DNA from: Halobacteriota archaeon
GTDB lineage: Archaea; Halobacteriota; Syntropharchaeia; DAOWMC01
DNA: 46,040 nt
Assembly (NCBI GenBank): GCA_034189535.1
Contig: JAXHUQ010000002.1
Span: 1-46,040 of the forward strand
Direction of reading: 5' to 3'
Shown here: positions 18,967-29,019 of the stretch, one piece after another
Layout: every line of letters starts with the position of its first letter
How positions within the stretch are numbered: position 1 is the stretch's first letter
Position numbers and translations under genes: made by a program
Notes under the pieces: model-generated
The model's database searches: none
Seen by the model: the letters and a program-made list of their open reading frames with translations, nothing else
What the model was told of the DNA's origin: nothing

Positions 18967-19527
18967 TTAGTCCCCTTCTCTTAACCTTACAGGAATGTGA
19001 TAATCAACCTCTGAGTTCTTATTATCTAGCCCGAAGAATCGCTTCTCGTTGTAGACTTCAATGAAGTATGGATATGCCTCTTCATATTCCCTGGAAGTCC
19101 TAAACCACTCCTGCCATATGAAGTCCCCTCCCCTAAACATTTCTTCACCCTTGAAGGTGAATACGGCATACATAGTTGTGGGAAATACTTTTCCTACAAA
19201 CTCGATAGGCATTTCGGTGAACTCTTTCACTTCGACACCAACAAATACATAATACTTCTTCGTATCCTTGTAGTCTTCCGGTTGTATGTGAATTTCATAT
19301 GCAGTTTCTTTATTTAACCTGATCTTATCGATAGCATCCCTATTCTTTTCAAGAAGGCTACCGAACCTCTGCCAAAGTAATCCTATCTCATTTTTTACAC
19401 TCCATTCACCTTCAGAATGGAATGGATCGCCATAAAATTGGCTGCCCATTACCTGCAATGGTTCCTTTCTCTTTATGATCTCAATTTTTTCTGGTTTTAC
19501 GGTATCATCGCCTGTCATAAAGATCAC
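18967..19527 (-). CDS. GyrI-like small-molecule-binding (AraC-effector-binding-like) domain protein
   Basis: 186 aa. YEIHIQPEDY..., YYVFVGVEV, MYAVFTFKGEEM...IWQEWF...YPYFIEVYNEKRF resembles the duplicated GyrI-like module (..yavf.h.G......w..i...w........p.fE.Y). Confidence 0.55.
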   Translation of the reverse strand: MIFMTGDDTVKPEKIEIIKRKEPLQVMGSQFYGDPFHSEGEWSVKNEIGLLWQRFGSLLEKNRDAIDKIRLNKETAYEIHIQPEDYKDTKKYYVFVGVEVKEFTEMPIEFVGKVFPTTMYAVFTFKGEEMFRGGDFIWQEWFRTSREYEEAYPYFIEVYNEKRFFGLDNKNSEVDYHIPVRLREGD

Positions 19528-20194
19528 TATAACTCAAGGGGGGATTGGTTAGTATAGATTACCCACAAGATGGTATTTTTAGATTTTGAATTGTGCGAGG
19601 AAGATAAATATTTTTGGTAGTGTCCTAATATAAATACCTTAATATGGTAGCCTCATTACAGTTTCCATAAACGTGATAAATACCATCCCTTGTGATTATT
19701 CTGTCACCGGGACTCTAGGCACTGATTGCATCTTTGATCTATGTATAGTAACCAAGAACAATTATAGTTAGACCATCAACCTGCAGTGGTGCAATAAGAG
19801 ACAATTTTAACAAAGCAAGAGATGTGGCAAAGAGATCCCAATGGGACTTATCTAAAAATCTCCAGAAGCTGCCTTCTGTTTATATCAATAAATCCCCATG
19901 ATTACCTTGACTTTCCAGTACAAGTTGCCAAATTGCAAGAACAATCCAATATATAAGGGAGTTACGGCCGAAAACAATATATATGTGTTCACTACACCTA
20001 ACCAATATGGGCGTATATATACGTGATATGTCCTACCGATCTGAATTTAATCAGAAGGTGTAATGGGATGAAAGGAAGAATTTTTCCTGTTAAATTCCGC
20101 ATTGATGAAACTTGTGATTAAGATGAGATACAACTAGAATCTACTGATTAACAACCATATTATTCTTTTGTGAAGGGGACGGAGATGAACGACG

Positions 20195-20632
20195 ATGCTA
20201 TCAAGACCGATTGATGTTCTGCTGGTGGAAGATAATCCCGGTGATGTGAGGTTGACTGAAGAGGCTCTTAAAGAGGGTGTAATGCGAATAAACCTGCACG
20301 TCACAAATGACGGGGTCGAAGCAACTAAGTTTCTAAAAAAAGAGGATGAATATGCTAATGCACCTTCTCCTGATCTGATATTACTCGATCTAAACATGCC
20401 CAGGAAGGGCGGACGTGAGGTTCTCGAGGAGATAAAAGCCGATGAGAATCTTAGGCGTATACCAGTTGTAGTCCTCACAACTTCGAGAGCAGAGGAGGAC
20501 ATTAAAAAGTCTTATGACCTTCACGCTAACTGTTTCATCACAAAACCTGTAGATATGGATCAGTTCGTCGAAGTGATAAAGTTCATAGAAGGATTCTGGT
20601 TCACAGTTGTAAAATTACCCGGAGGGTACTGA
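20195..20632 (+). CDS. Stand-alone response-regulator receiver (Rcp1/phytochrome-partner-like CheY type), RR1
   Basis: [20 protein letters not shown], phospho-acceptor [40 protein letters not shown]-terminal FIEGFWFTVVKLP. No output domain. Stop overlaps the next start (TGATG). Confidence 0.9.
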   Translation: MLSRPIDVLLVEDNPGDVRLTEEALKEGVMRINLHVTNDGVEATKFLKKEDEYANAPSPDLILLDLNMPRKGGREVLEEIKADENLRRIPVVVLTTSRAEEDIKKSYDLHANCFITKPVDMDQFVEVIKFIEGFWFTVVKLPGGY

Positions 20633-23600
20633 TGACTGGTCTTGGTAACTCAAATGTGATTTTATCTGCAATAAGGGAAAAGGAAGATGATTTTTTAGAT
20701 CATGAAAGTAACTTTAAGTCACTGATAGAGAACTCTTCGGATGCGATAGTCGTAATTGGGCCCAAAGGAAAAGTGGTCTACCAAAGCCCTTCGTATGAGA
20801 AGATTTTGGGCCGCAAGAAGGAGGATCACCTGGGAGATTATGCCCATAGATACATTCATCCCATGGATCTCCCCCATATGTACAAACTATTTGGAAGACT
20901 CTTGCGTTCTCATGAAACTTTTGAGAAGATCAGGTTACGTCTGAAACATAGTGATGGGTCGTGGCACTGGATCCAGGCGACAGCAAAAAATCATCTTGAT
21001 GATCCGAAGATAAATGGGATTGTGGTCAATTTTCGAGATATAACAGATCAAAAAGAGATTGAAGAGAAGTTAAAGGATACTATCAAAAAATATTCGGCCA
21101 TCATTGATGGGGTAAGGGAAGGCGTAATTATTCTAAAAGACATGAAGGTCGAATTTGCGAGTCAGAGTGTTGAGGATATCACCGGTTACTCAACGGATGA
21201 GATAAAAAACATTGATCCGATGAAGGTTATTCTTCAAAAAGACTACAACAAAGTGGTTGAGATCTTCCGCAATATAGTGAAAGAAAGCGAAGTGATAAAA
21301 CCTCAACAATTCCAGATTTTTCACAAAGATGGGCACACACTCTCTCTTGAGCTAAGTAGTAAAAAGATCAAGAATAGGCGTGAAACGACTGATATTGTCT
21401 TTTTACGGGATCTTTCCTTAAAAGAAGAGAAGGAAAAAGTACTAAAGGATAGCGAGGAGAAGTACGCAACTCTTGTGAATATGAGCCAGGATGGGGTTCT
21501 ACTGTTACAACATGATAGAATCGTCTATGCAAATAATAGGTTCTACGATATATTGGGGATCGATAGGTCGAGTTTGGATGGAAAAAGTATCATATCTACT
21601 CTTTCGAAGAGTATGCCAGATATGCTCAGCGCAATGTCAAAAGAAGATAGAGAGATGCTTTTAAATAGGCTTTCGGACGCAAAGAAGGGAAATATCACCT
21701 CGCACTCATACCAGGTACCACTTAAAACAAGATCTGGCGAGATATGTTGGATCGAGATCTATGTAAACCCGATAAAGTATAAAGGAGAACCTGCGGAGAT
21801 TGTAGTATTCAGAGACGTTACAAAATTCAAGAATTACGAAGATAAACTGGGCAGATTAAAAGAGCACTATCGGTCTTTGATCGAGTCTTCTCCAGATATG
21901 ATAGCTCAGTTCAACGGCAGCGGTAAAATTATTATGGCTAATACCAGGATGGCTGAATTTTTAGAGGTATCACTTGAGGAGCTAATAGGTGGTGATGCTT
22001 TAAAAGTTATGCCAAAAGAGCTTTTGACACGCGCAATTGAGCTGCTTTCAACTGCTACAAAGTGTGAAAAACCGTTCTTCTTCGAGGATTATATCAAAGG
22101 TAGGTACTATCACAGTGTGATTGTGCCAGTTGATATTCCTGGTGAGAAGAGGACTTTTCAGATGATCTCTCGCGATATTACCGAGCATAAAGAGGCAGAG
22201 ATCGAGATTGAAGTTGCCAAAAAAAGGATGGAAGATATACTCGAAGGCATGATCGATGGAATCACCATCTCCGACATGCAGGCAAATATCCTATATGTAA
22301 ACAAGGCAGCAACTATGCAGACAGGGTTTCAACCTGAAGAGCTGATCGGAAAGAAGGTGATGGAAGTATACATAGGAAAAGAAGATTTTCTGAAAGCTGC
22401 CAAACATCTGAAAAAACTCTTCACAGGCGAATCTCTGAAGGCTGAAGAGTACTCGATCTTAAGAAAAAATGGACCTGCATTTCCGGCAAGTCTCAACTTT
22501 TCACTTTTAAAGGATAGTGATGGGAAGCCAGAGAATATTATTGCAGTCCATAGAGATATCACCGAACGCAAGAGTATGGAAGAGGAGCTTCACAAGAGTA
22601 AAGAGCGTTACCGCCTTGTAGCAGACAACTTGGAGGACATCGTATGGAGTATGGATATGAGCTTAAAGATCGATTACATAAGTCCTTCAGCAAAGACCAT
22701 CTACGGCTTAGATCCCGAAGAGGCGTTGGGAAAGCCGCTTATGAGCATACTATCTAAGGAATCGGCCGAATCGATGATGAATGGGATCAAACAGAATCCT
22801 GCCCTATTTAAAATAATGATGGAGATGATCTCCGGGCGCATCGATTCAGGTGAATTAAAAAATAACTCGGATGTTCTTTCAAAACCGATAGAGTACGAAT
22901 ATACACGTCAGGATGGTACAAAACTCTTCGTCGAATCTGCAATGAGCCCGATGATTGATGATGGGAATGCAGTCGGGATCTGTGGAATTACCCGCGATAT
23001 TACCGAGCGCGTGAAGGCTGAAATAAAGGTAAACGAGCTAATGAATGATCTGGAACGCAGTAACAAAGAACTGGAGCAGTTCGCATACGTTGCTTCTCAC
23101 GACCTCCAGGAACCTCTGCGTATGGTTTCAAGTTATCTTACTCTCCTCTCGCGAAGGTACAAAGGTAAGCTCGATTCCGACGCTGATGATTTTATCCATT
23201 TCGCTGTTGATGGTGCAACACGCATGCAGAGAATGATAAATGATCTTCTCACATACTCAAGAGTCGGTACGCGGGGTAAGCCATTTGAAGAAGTTGATAG
23301 TGAAACCCTTCTTAAAGACGCTCTCTCAAATCTGGAGATAAGAATCGAGGAGAGTAGTGCCATAGTCACTCATGATCCCCTTCCAACTGTGATGGCAGAT
23401 GATGTGCAATTTGTACAGTTACTTCAGAATCTCATAGGAAACTCAATCAAATATAATGATAAAGATACGCCAGAGGTTCACATTGGAGTTGAGGATAAAG
23501 ACGGAGATTGGCTATTTTCAGTAAAGGATAACGGCATCGGAATAGAACCGGAATATATCGATAGCGTCTTTGAGATATTCAGAAGGCTTCCGACCGAGAA

Positions 23601-23763
23601 GGAGTATGAAGGGAGCGGAATAGGCCTTTCTGTCTGTAAGAAGATAGTTGAGAGGCATGGGGGACGGATATGGCTTGAATCGGAGCCTGGGAGTGGGACG
23701 ACGTTTTACTTCACAGTTCCTTCATTAAAAAACGAAAAATTAGAGGTAGCAAGCGTAATGTGA
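20632..23763 (+). CDS. Soluble multi-PAS sensor histidine kinase HK1 (6 PAS/PAC modules + HisKA + HATPase_c)
   Basis: 1043 aa with no hydrophobic TM segment. Six about 120-aa modules each end in a PAC-like (F/L/T)RD(I/V)(T/S)E.K linker. H-box [20 protein letters not shown]-box [13 protein letters not shown]1 VKDNGIGI. G2 GSGIGLSVCKKIVERHGGRIW. Confidence 0.9.
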   Translation: MTGLGNSNVILSAIREKEDDFLDHESNFKSLIENSSDAIVVIGPKGKVVYQSPSYEKILGRKKEDHLGDYAHRYIHPMDLPHMYKLFGRLLRSHETFEKIRLRLKHSDGSWHWIQATAKNHLDDPKINGIVVNFRDITDQKEIEEKLKDTIKKYSAIIDGVREGVIILKDMKVEFASQSVEDITGYSTDEIKNIDPMKVILQKDYNKVVEIFRNIVKESEVIKPQQFQIFHKDGHTLSLELSSKKIKNRRETTDIVFLRDLSLKEEKEKVLKDSEEKYATLVNMSQDGVLLLQHDRIVYANNRFYDILGIDRSSLDGKSIISTLSKSMPDMLSAMSKEDREMLLNRLSDAKKGNITSHSYQVPLKTRSGEICWIEIYVNPIKYKGEPAEIVVFRDVTKFKNYEDKLGRLKEHYRSLIESSPDMIAQFNGSGKIIMANTRMAEFLEVSLEELIGGDALKVMPKELLTRAIELLSTATKCEKPFFFEDYIKGRYYHSVIVPVDIPGEKRTFQMISRDITEHKEAEIEIEVAKKRMEDILEGMIDGITISDMQANILYVNKAATMQTGFQPEELIGKKVMEVYIGKEDFLKAAKHLKKLFTGESLKAEEYSILRKNGPAFPASLNFSLLKDSDGKPENIIAVHRDITERKSMEEELHKSKERYRLVADNLEDIVWSMDMSLKIDYISPSAKTIYGLDPEEALGKPLMSILSKESAESMMNGIKQNPALFKIMMEMISGRIDSGELKNNSDVLSKPIEYEYTRQDGTKLFVESAMSPMIDDGNAVGICGITRDITERVKAEIKVNELMNDLERSNKELEQFAYVASHDLQEPLRMVSSYLTLLSRRYKGKLDSDADDFIHFAVDGATRMQRMINDLLTYSRVGTRGKPFEEVDSETLLKDALSNLEIRIEESSAIVTHDPLPTVMADDVQFVQLLQNLIGNSIKYNDKDTPEVHIGVEDKDGDWLFSVKDNGIGIEPEYIDSVFEIFRRLPTEKEYEGSGIGLSVCKKIVERHGGRIWLESEPGSGTTFYFTVPSLKNEKLEVASVM
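23056..23711 (+). repeat. Direct repeat copy 1 (kinase-core segment of HK1); 656 bp, partner at 25683..26338
   Basis: Line-by-line comparison with a constant offset of 2627 bp. 23056-23618 is identical to 25683-26245 (563 bp, no difference seen). Three mismatches follow (23619, 23625, 23643) up to 23711. Sequences 5' of 23056 are only about two-thirds identical. The track also shows identical shadow ORFs (23133..23369 = 25760..25996). Confidence 0.9.
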
Positions 23764-23792
23764 CGAAGATATAATTACACGGAGTGCAGGGG

Positions 23793-26372
23793 ATGGAAAT
23801 TTCAACATGTGAAGATTATGGTGATACCGAACTAAAAATGGTGATTCAAAGAGTAATAAAAAATCTTGATCTTGACAGTACGATACTGATTGCCACCTAC
23901 CTAAATAAAAAGATCTCATTTGTCAATGATCATTTCACCGAAGTTTTGGGATACGAAGAAGCAGAGGTTTTGGGCGAAGACTTGTCAGATCTATCATCTT
24001 TTGATGGCCGTAAGAGATTTAATAAATCTTTATTTCAGAGAAAAGATCTCAAAATGGTACTTATTTCATGGCAATGTATACCAATATTAGGTAAATCTGA
24101 TGAGAAGATCGGATTACTTCTATCAGGTATGGAAGAGACTGATAAAAAGATTTCGGATGAGCTTTACTCTAAGGTTGTAGAAAGAGCAAATGACGCCATT
24201 TTCATCATCCAGGATGGTGTCTTCAAGTTTGCAAACCAGAAGATGGCAGATTTTAGTAAATACATGGTGGAAGAACTTGTTGGAATGGACTTTCAAAAGT
24301 TGATCACACCAGAGTCCATAGATATAGTCGCTGAAAGAGTTAGAAAAAGATTAGCAGGAGAGCTTGTAGCAAATTCCTACGAGTTAGAACTCCTTGATAA
24401 AGAAGGCCATGTGCTGCCCATTGAGGTAAATGCCGGTTTGATCGATTACGAGGGTAGACCAGCAGACCTGGTCTTTTTGCGTGATATTTCTGAACGTAAG
24501 AAGATGGAGGATTCACTCAGGGAGTCCGAGCAGAAATACTCAACCGTGGTAGAGGGAAGTAATGACGGCATCATAATACTAGATAATAAGATGTGTGTTG
24601 TGTATGCCAATAAAACGATACTTGATTTGTTGGGGTATACAACTGAAGCTATAGGATCAAATGTACTTAAATACATAAAAATCGAACCCAATCGGCTAAT
24701 TAATCTAATGGGTAACTTTCGTCAACGTATGGCAGGTGAAGGTGTAACTTCAACCTTCGAAATAGATCTATTGCATAAAAATGGTAATATAATCCCTGCC
24801 GAGGTTAGTATCGCCAAAATTGATTTTAAAAGTAAACCTTCAGATGTGATTTTCATTCGTGTCATATCCGAACGAAAGCGGGCTGAAGAAGCTATAAAGG
24901 CAGAAAAAGAAAAATATCAAGACGTTGTTGAAAATATAGAGGAGGGTTTATTTACCCTTGATAGGTATGGTAAATTTATTTACCTAAATCAGGAGATGGT
25001 TGAAAATATTACCGGATATACATCAGAAGAACTTATTGGAACGCACATTTCAGCGTTAGTCTCAAAAAGGAGAAATACAGCCATATTGCCCTCATTTTTG
25101 ACGTTATTAAAAAGGAATAAAATATGTAACGTTGAAACAGAGATTAAGAAAAAAGACGGTACTTTTGTTCCGATAATTGCAACTATAACTCCCAAAATTG
25201 AAGATGGTAAAGTAACCAAGATATTTGGTGTAGTTAGAGATATATCTGAAAGAAAACATTTTGAAAAATCAATCGAAGATGCCCACAAGCAACTGAAAAA
25301 TATCTTTGATAGCGTTGATGTTGTATTGTTCTCAAATGATATTGTCAAATCTCGCATACTAGAGGTCTCACCAAGTTGCGAAAAACTCTATGGATACACT
25401 CCTGAGGAGTTCATTGAGAACCCAATGATTTGGAGAGATACGATACACCCAGATGACAGAAAATCGATTTCAGAACTTATCATCAAAATGTTTTCAGGAA
25501 AATCGCTAGGTGCAGAATACCGCATCATCCGATCTGATGGAGAGATACGGTGGGTATGTCTTAACCTAAAACCGATACTTGATAGCTCAAACAGCCTCAT
25601 ACGCGTTGATGGGGTTGTATCTGATATTACCGAACGCAAGAAGATTGAGGTAGAGAAGGGGGAACTACTTGAAGACCTTGAGCGCAGTAACAAAGAACTG
25701 GAGCAGTTCGCATACGTTGCTTCTCACGACCTCCAGGAACCTCTGCGTATGGTTTCAAGTTATCTTACTCTCCTCTCGCGAAGGTACAAAGGTAAGCTCG
25801 ATTCCGACGCTGATGATTTTATCCATTTCGCTGTTGATGGTGCAACACGCATGCAGAGAATGATAAATGATCTTCTCACATACTCAAGAGTCGGTACGCG
25901 GGGTAAGCCATTTGAAGAAGTTGATAGTGAAACCCTTCTTAAAGACGCTCTCTCAAATCTGGAGATAAGAATCGAGGAGAGTAGTGCCATAGTCACTCAT
26001 GATCCCCTTCCAACTGTGATGGCAGATGATGTGCAATTTGTACAGTTACTTCAGAATCTCATAGGAAACTCAATCAAATATAATGATAAAGATACGCCAG
26101 AGGTTCACATTGGAGTTGAGGATAAAGACGGAGATTGGCTATTTTCAGTAAAGGATAACGGCATCGGAATAGAACCGGAATATATCGATAGCGTCTTTGA
26201 GATATTCAGAAGGCTTCCGACCGAGAAGGAGTATGAAGGGAGCGGGATAGGACTTTCTGTCTGTAAGAAAATAGTTGAGAGGCATGGGGGACGGATATGG
26301 CTTGAATCGGAGCCTGGGAGTGGGACGACGTTTTACTTTACGATACCAAGGATGAGGGGGGATAGAGATTAG
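23793..26372 (+). CDS. Soluble multi-PAS sensor histidine kinase HK2 (5 PAS modules + kinase core identical to HK1)
   Basis: Track ORF 23784 (GTG). ATG at 23793 lies 8 nt after GGAG. Five PAS-like modules. From ERSNKELEQF to FYFT the protein is identical to HK1. Confidence 0.9.
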   Translation: MEISTCEDYGDTELKMVIQRVIKNLDLDSTILIATYLNKKISFVNDHFTEVLGYEEAEVLGEDLSDLSSFDGRKRFNKSLFQRKDLKMVLISWQCIPILGKSDEKIGLLLSGMEETDKKISDELYSKVVERANDAIFIIQDGVFKFANQKMADFSKYMVEELVGMDFQKLITPESIDIVAERVRKRLAGELVANSYELELLDKEGHVLPIEVNAGLIDYEGRPADLVFLRDISERKKMEDSLRESEQKYSTVVEGSNDGIIILDNKMCVVYANKTILDLLGYTTEAIGSNVLKYIKIEPNRLINLMGNFRQRMAGEGVTSTFEIDLLHKNGNIIPAEVSIAKIDFKSKPSDVIFIRVISERKRAEEAIKAEKEKYQDVVENIEEGLFTLDRYGKFIYLNQEMVENITGYTSEELIGTHISALVSKRRNTAILPSFLTLLKRNKICNVETEIKKKDGTFVPIIATITPKIEDGKVTKIFGVVRDISERKHFEKSIEDAHKQLKNIFDSVDVVLFSNDIVKSRILEVSPSCEKLYGYTPEEFIENPMIWRDTIHPDDRKSISELIIKMFSGKSLGAEYRIIRSDGEIRWVCLNLKPILDSSNSLIRVDGVVSDITERKKIEVEKGELLEDLERSNKELEQFAYVASHDLQEPLRMVSSYLTLLSRRYKGKLDSDADDFIHFAVDGATRMQRMINDLLTYSRVGTRGKPFEEVDSETLLKDALSNLEIRIEESSAIVTHDPLPTVMADDVQFVQLLQNLIGNSIKYNDKDTPEVHIGVEDKDGDWLFSVKDNGIGIEPEYIDSVFEIFRRLPTEKEYEGSGIGLSVCKKIVERHGGRIWLESEPGSGTTFYFTIPRMRGDRD
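25683..26338 (+). repeat. Direct repeat copy 2 (kinase-core segment of HK2)
   Basis: See copy 1. Same orientation, 2627 bp downstream. Confidence 0.9.
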
Positions 26373-26421
26373 GTCAAACTCTTATCATTCACTAATTTTT
26401 GTAGAAGACAAGGTAAATGAT

Positions 26422-29019
26422 TTGAAGTTGGAGTTACAAAGTGCGAAGAATTTTCTCGATTTGGCAGATTCCATCTTCGTTGCTACAGATACAGACCATA
26501 ATATTATATTTGTTAATAAAAAGACCTGTCAAGTTCTAGAACAAGCAGAAGAAGATATTATTGAGAAGAATTGGTATGATACATTCATCTCAGATGGGGC
26601 AAGAGAAGAGGTGAAGAACGATTTTCAAAACCTTTTATTGAGAAGCAGAGATGAGACACATGTCTTTGAAGAGACCATAGAAGTAGTCTATGGCATAAAG
26701 AAGTCCATATTATGGAGTCGTAAGGTAATAAAAGATGATTATGGGGTTAATATTGGAATAATAAATACAGGAGAAGAAATAACATGTCAAAAGCGTATTA
26801 ATGAAGATTTAATTGATATTAAACAAAAATATAATACTTTATTCGAAAATAAGATTGAAGGAGTCCTTATTTTTGATGCCCAAACGATGAAGATAGTATC
26901 GGTCAACCAAACCGCAGCAGAACTTTATGGATACCGAGGTAAAGAAGAAGCAATTGGGAAAAGTCCGCTTGATTTTATCCCGGAAGGAGATAGAGCTAAT
27001 GTCTTTAAAGATATCACAAATGAGCTGTTCAAAAAGAATCTGAAAAAAGTTAGAGAGTACAGGACAGTAACAACGGAAGGCCAAGAGAGATGGATCGAGG
27101 TATACGGCAGTAGGATCGAATTTGAGGGTAAATTGGCAGGTCTGGTCATATTTAAAGATATAACAGAAAAAAGGAAGATAGAAGAGGAATTACGCCGATC
27201 AAAAAAGAAATATGAAAGCATCGTAGAAGGGGCAAATGATGGCATTATTATTCTCACAGCAGATCTGAAAATTGTATACGCCAATAAAAAAGTGACTGTT
27301 CTGTTTGGTTATTCAGCTGAAGAAGCATTAAAGATCGATTTACTCAAGGCAATTTGCCCCCACTCTTTAAAAGAGGCATTGAATTTATTCAAACGCAGGA
27401 TGGTAGATGAAGATACGGCTTCAACATACAATATTGACGTATTCCATAAAGACGGTCATGTTATACCTGTCGAATTGAGTAGCGCAAAGACCGAGTATGA
27501 GGGTAAACCGGCTGATATAATTTTTATTCGCGACATTTCAGAACGCGAGCAAGGAAAAGAGGTATTTGAGGAACTAAAAGGGAGTTATCAGGCTCTTATT
27601 GAAAATTCTCCGGATATAATAGCCCAATTTGATGTAAACGGAAAAATAATCACTGCTAATACCAAAACAGCAGAATTTTTAAATTTGTCCTTGAATGAGG
27701 TGATCGGCTGCAAGATCTCTGAACTGTTACCAAAAGAGTTCATGGGAAACGCCTTTAAGCTAATATTAAATTTAATCGGAAGTGATGAACCAAGTTCATA
27801 TGAAGATTGTGTGAACGGAAGATACTATCAGATCTATTTGACACCTGTCAAGGGCTTAGGTAAGATAAGGACTTTTCAGTTTATCGCTCACGATATAACC
27901 GATAGAAAAGATGTGGAAATGGAGGTTTTGTCCGGTAAAAGGGAACTTGAGGATATAATGAACAGTATGATCGATTCGGTGTTTATCGCTTCTCATAAAG
28001 CAAAGATTATCAACGTCAATGATTCAGCCGCGTCGCTTACGGGATATGATAAAGAAGAACTGATCGGAACATTTCCCACAATGATTATTAGTAAAGATTC
28101 CATCTCATCATTCTTCTACAATCTCAAAAAATTACAGGCAGGTACCAATGTAGAATCGTTGGAACTAACAGCTAAAAGAAAAGATGGTTCAGAGGTCCCA
28201 GTCAGCGTTAATATCTCATTTACAACTGATTTTGAGGGAAAGCCGGATAAACTGGTCGTTGTTTTACGAGATGTAACTGAACGCAAAAGATATGAGAAGA
28301 GACTTAAAGAGACGCTGGAGGATTATAAAGACTCAATGGGGGAGCTTGAACAGTTCACCTTTATAGCCTCACATGACCTGCAGGAACCTCTACGCATGGT
28401 GGCAAGTTTTGTTCAACTCTTGTCGTTGCGATATAGGGGCAAATTTGATTCCGATGCTGATGAGTACATAGACTATGCCGTCGAAGGTGTAAAACGTATG
28501 AAGGGGATGGTCGATGATTTGATGGCTTTATCAAGTATCGGTACAACAAATAAATCTTTAAAACTTGTAGAGTGTGAAAAGGTCCTCGATTTGGCTATTT
28601 CCGCTCTTGATACAAAGATAAAGGATAGCGGCGCTGAGATTTTGCGTGAACCATTGCCAGTTGTAATTGGGGACAATTCTCGGCTCATTGAACTCTTCAC
28701 AAACCTATTAGATAACGCTATCAAGTATAAGGGATCAGAATCGCCGCATATTCACATATCTTCTGAAGAAAGAGAAGGTAACTGGGTCTTCTCGGTACAG
28801 GACAACGGTATTGGAATTGACCAGGAAAATGTTGAGCACATCTTTAAGATATTTAGGCGTATGGACAAGAGACGATCAGGGACCGGAATCGGACTTGCGA
28901 CATGTAAGAGGATTGTACAGCACCACGGGGGAAGAATTTGGGTAAAATCAGGGCTAGGGATAGGAACAACATTCTACTTTACAATTCCGGTAATGAAGGT
29001 TGAGAAAGATGAACGGTGA
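26422..29019 (+). CDS. Soluble multi-PAS sensor histidine kinase HK3 (5 PAS modules + HisKA + HATPase_c)
   Basis: TTG start. It is the first canonical start codon after the in-frame TGA at 26353, with AGGT 7 nt upstream. H-box [20 protein letters not shown]-box LFTNLLDNAIKY. VQDNGIGI. GTGIGLATCKRIVQHHGGRIW. Confidence 0.85.
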   Translation: MKLELQSAKNFLDLADSIFVATDTDHNIIFVNKKTCQVLEQAEEDIIEKNWYDTFISDGAREEVKNDFQNLLLRSRDETHVFEETIEVVYGIKKSILWSRKVIKDDYGVNIGIINTGEEITCQKRINEDLIDIKQKYNTLFENKIEGVLIFDAQTMKIVSVNQTAAELYGYRGKEEAIGKSPLDFIPEGDRANVFKDITNELFKKNLKKVREYRTVTTEGQERWIEVYGSRIEFEGKLAGLVIFKDITEKRKIEEELRRSKKKYESIVEGANDGIIILTADLKIVYANKKVTVLFGYSAEEALKIDLLKAICPHSLKEALNLFKRRMVDEDTASTYNIDVFHKDGHVIPVELSSAKTEYEGKPADIIFIRDISEREQGKEVFEELKGSYQALIENSPDIIAQFDVNGKIITANTKTAEFLNLSLNEVIGCKISELLPKEFMGNAFKLILNLIGSDEPSSYEDCVNGRYYQIYLTPVKGLGKIRTFQFIAHDITDRKDVEMEVLSGKRELEDIMNSMIDSVFIASHKAKIINVNDSAASLTGYDKEELIGTFPTMIISKDSISSFFYNLKKLQAGTNVESLELTAKRKDGSEVPVSVNISFTTDFEGKPDKLVVVLRDVTERKRYEKRLKETLEDYKDSMGELEQFTFIASHDLQEPLRMVASFVQLLSLRYRGKFDSDADEYIDYAVEGVKRMKGMVDDLMALSSIGTTNKSLKLVECEKVLDLAISALDTKIKDSGAEILREPLPVVIGDNSRLIELFTNLLDNAIKYKGSESPHIHISSEEREGNWVFSVQDNGIGIDQENVEHIFKIFRRMDKRRSGTGIGLATCKRIVQHHGGRIWVKSGLGIGTTFYFTIPVMKVEKDER

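Noticed and set aside
19640-19760. A minus-strand reading ...SPGDRIITRDGIYHVYGNCNEATI... in the long leader before the kinase array, considered as a gene remnant.
   Set aside because: It is only about 30 codons between stops with no recognisable family. That is insufficient evidence.
20134-20502. 122-aa minus-strand ORF opposite RR1. The similar ORFs 31499..31696 and 34457..34792 lie opposite RR2 and RR3.
   Set aside because: These are antisense shadows of strongly conserved receiver genes. They are Ser/Arg/Thr-rich low-complexity peptides. The same shadow appears opposite each paralogue simply because the sense sequence is conserved.
23133-23369. Identical 78-aa minus-strand ORFs (23133..23369 and 25760..25996), and identical 63/64-aa plus-strand ORFs (23045..23236 and 25669..25863).
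   Set aside because: They are identical only because they lie inside the 656-bp direct repeat of the kinase cores. They sit in off-frames of clearly coding HisKA/HATPase sequence.
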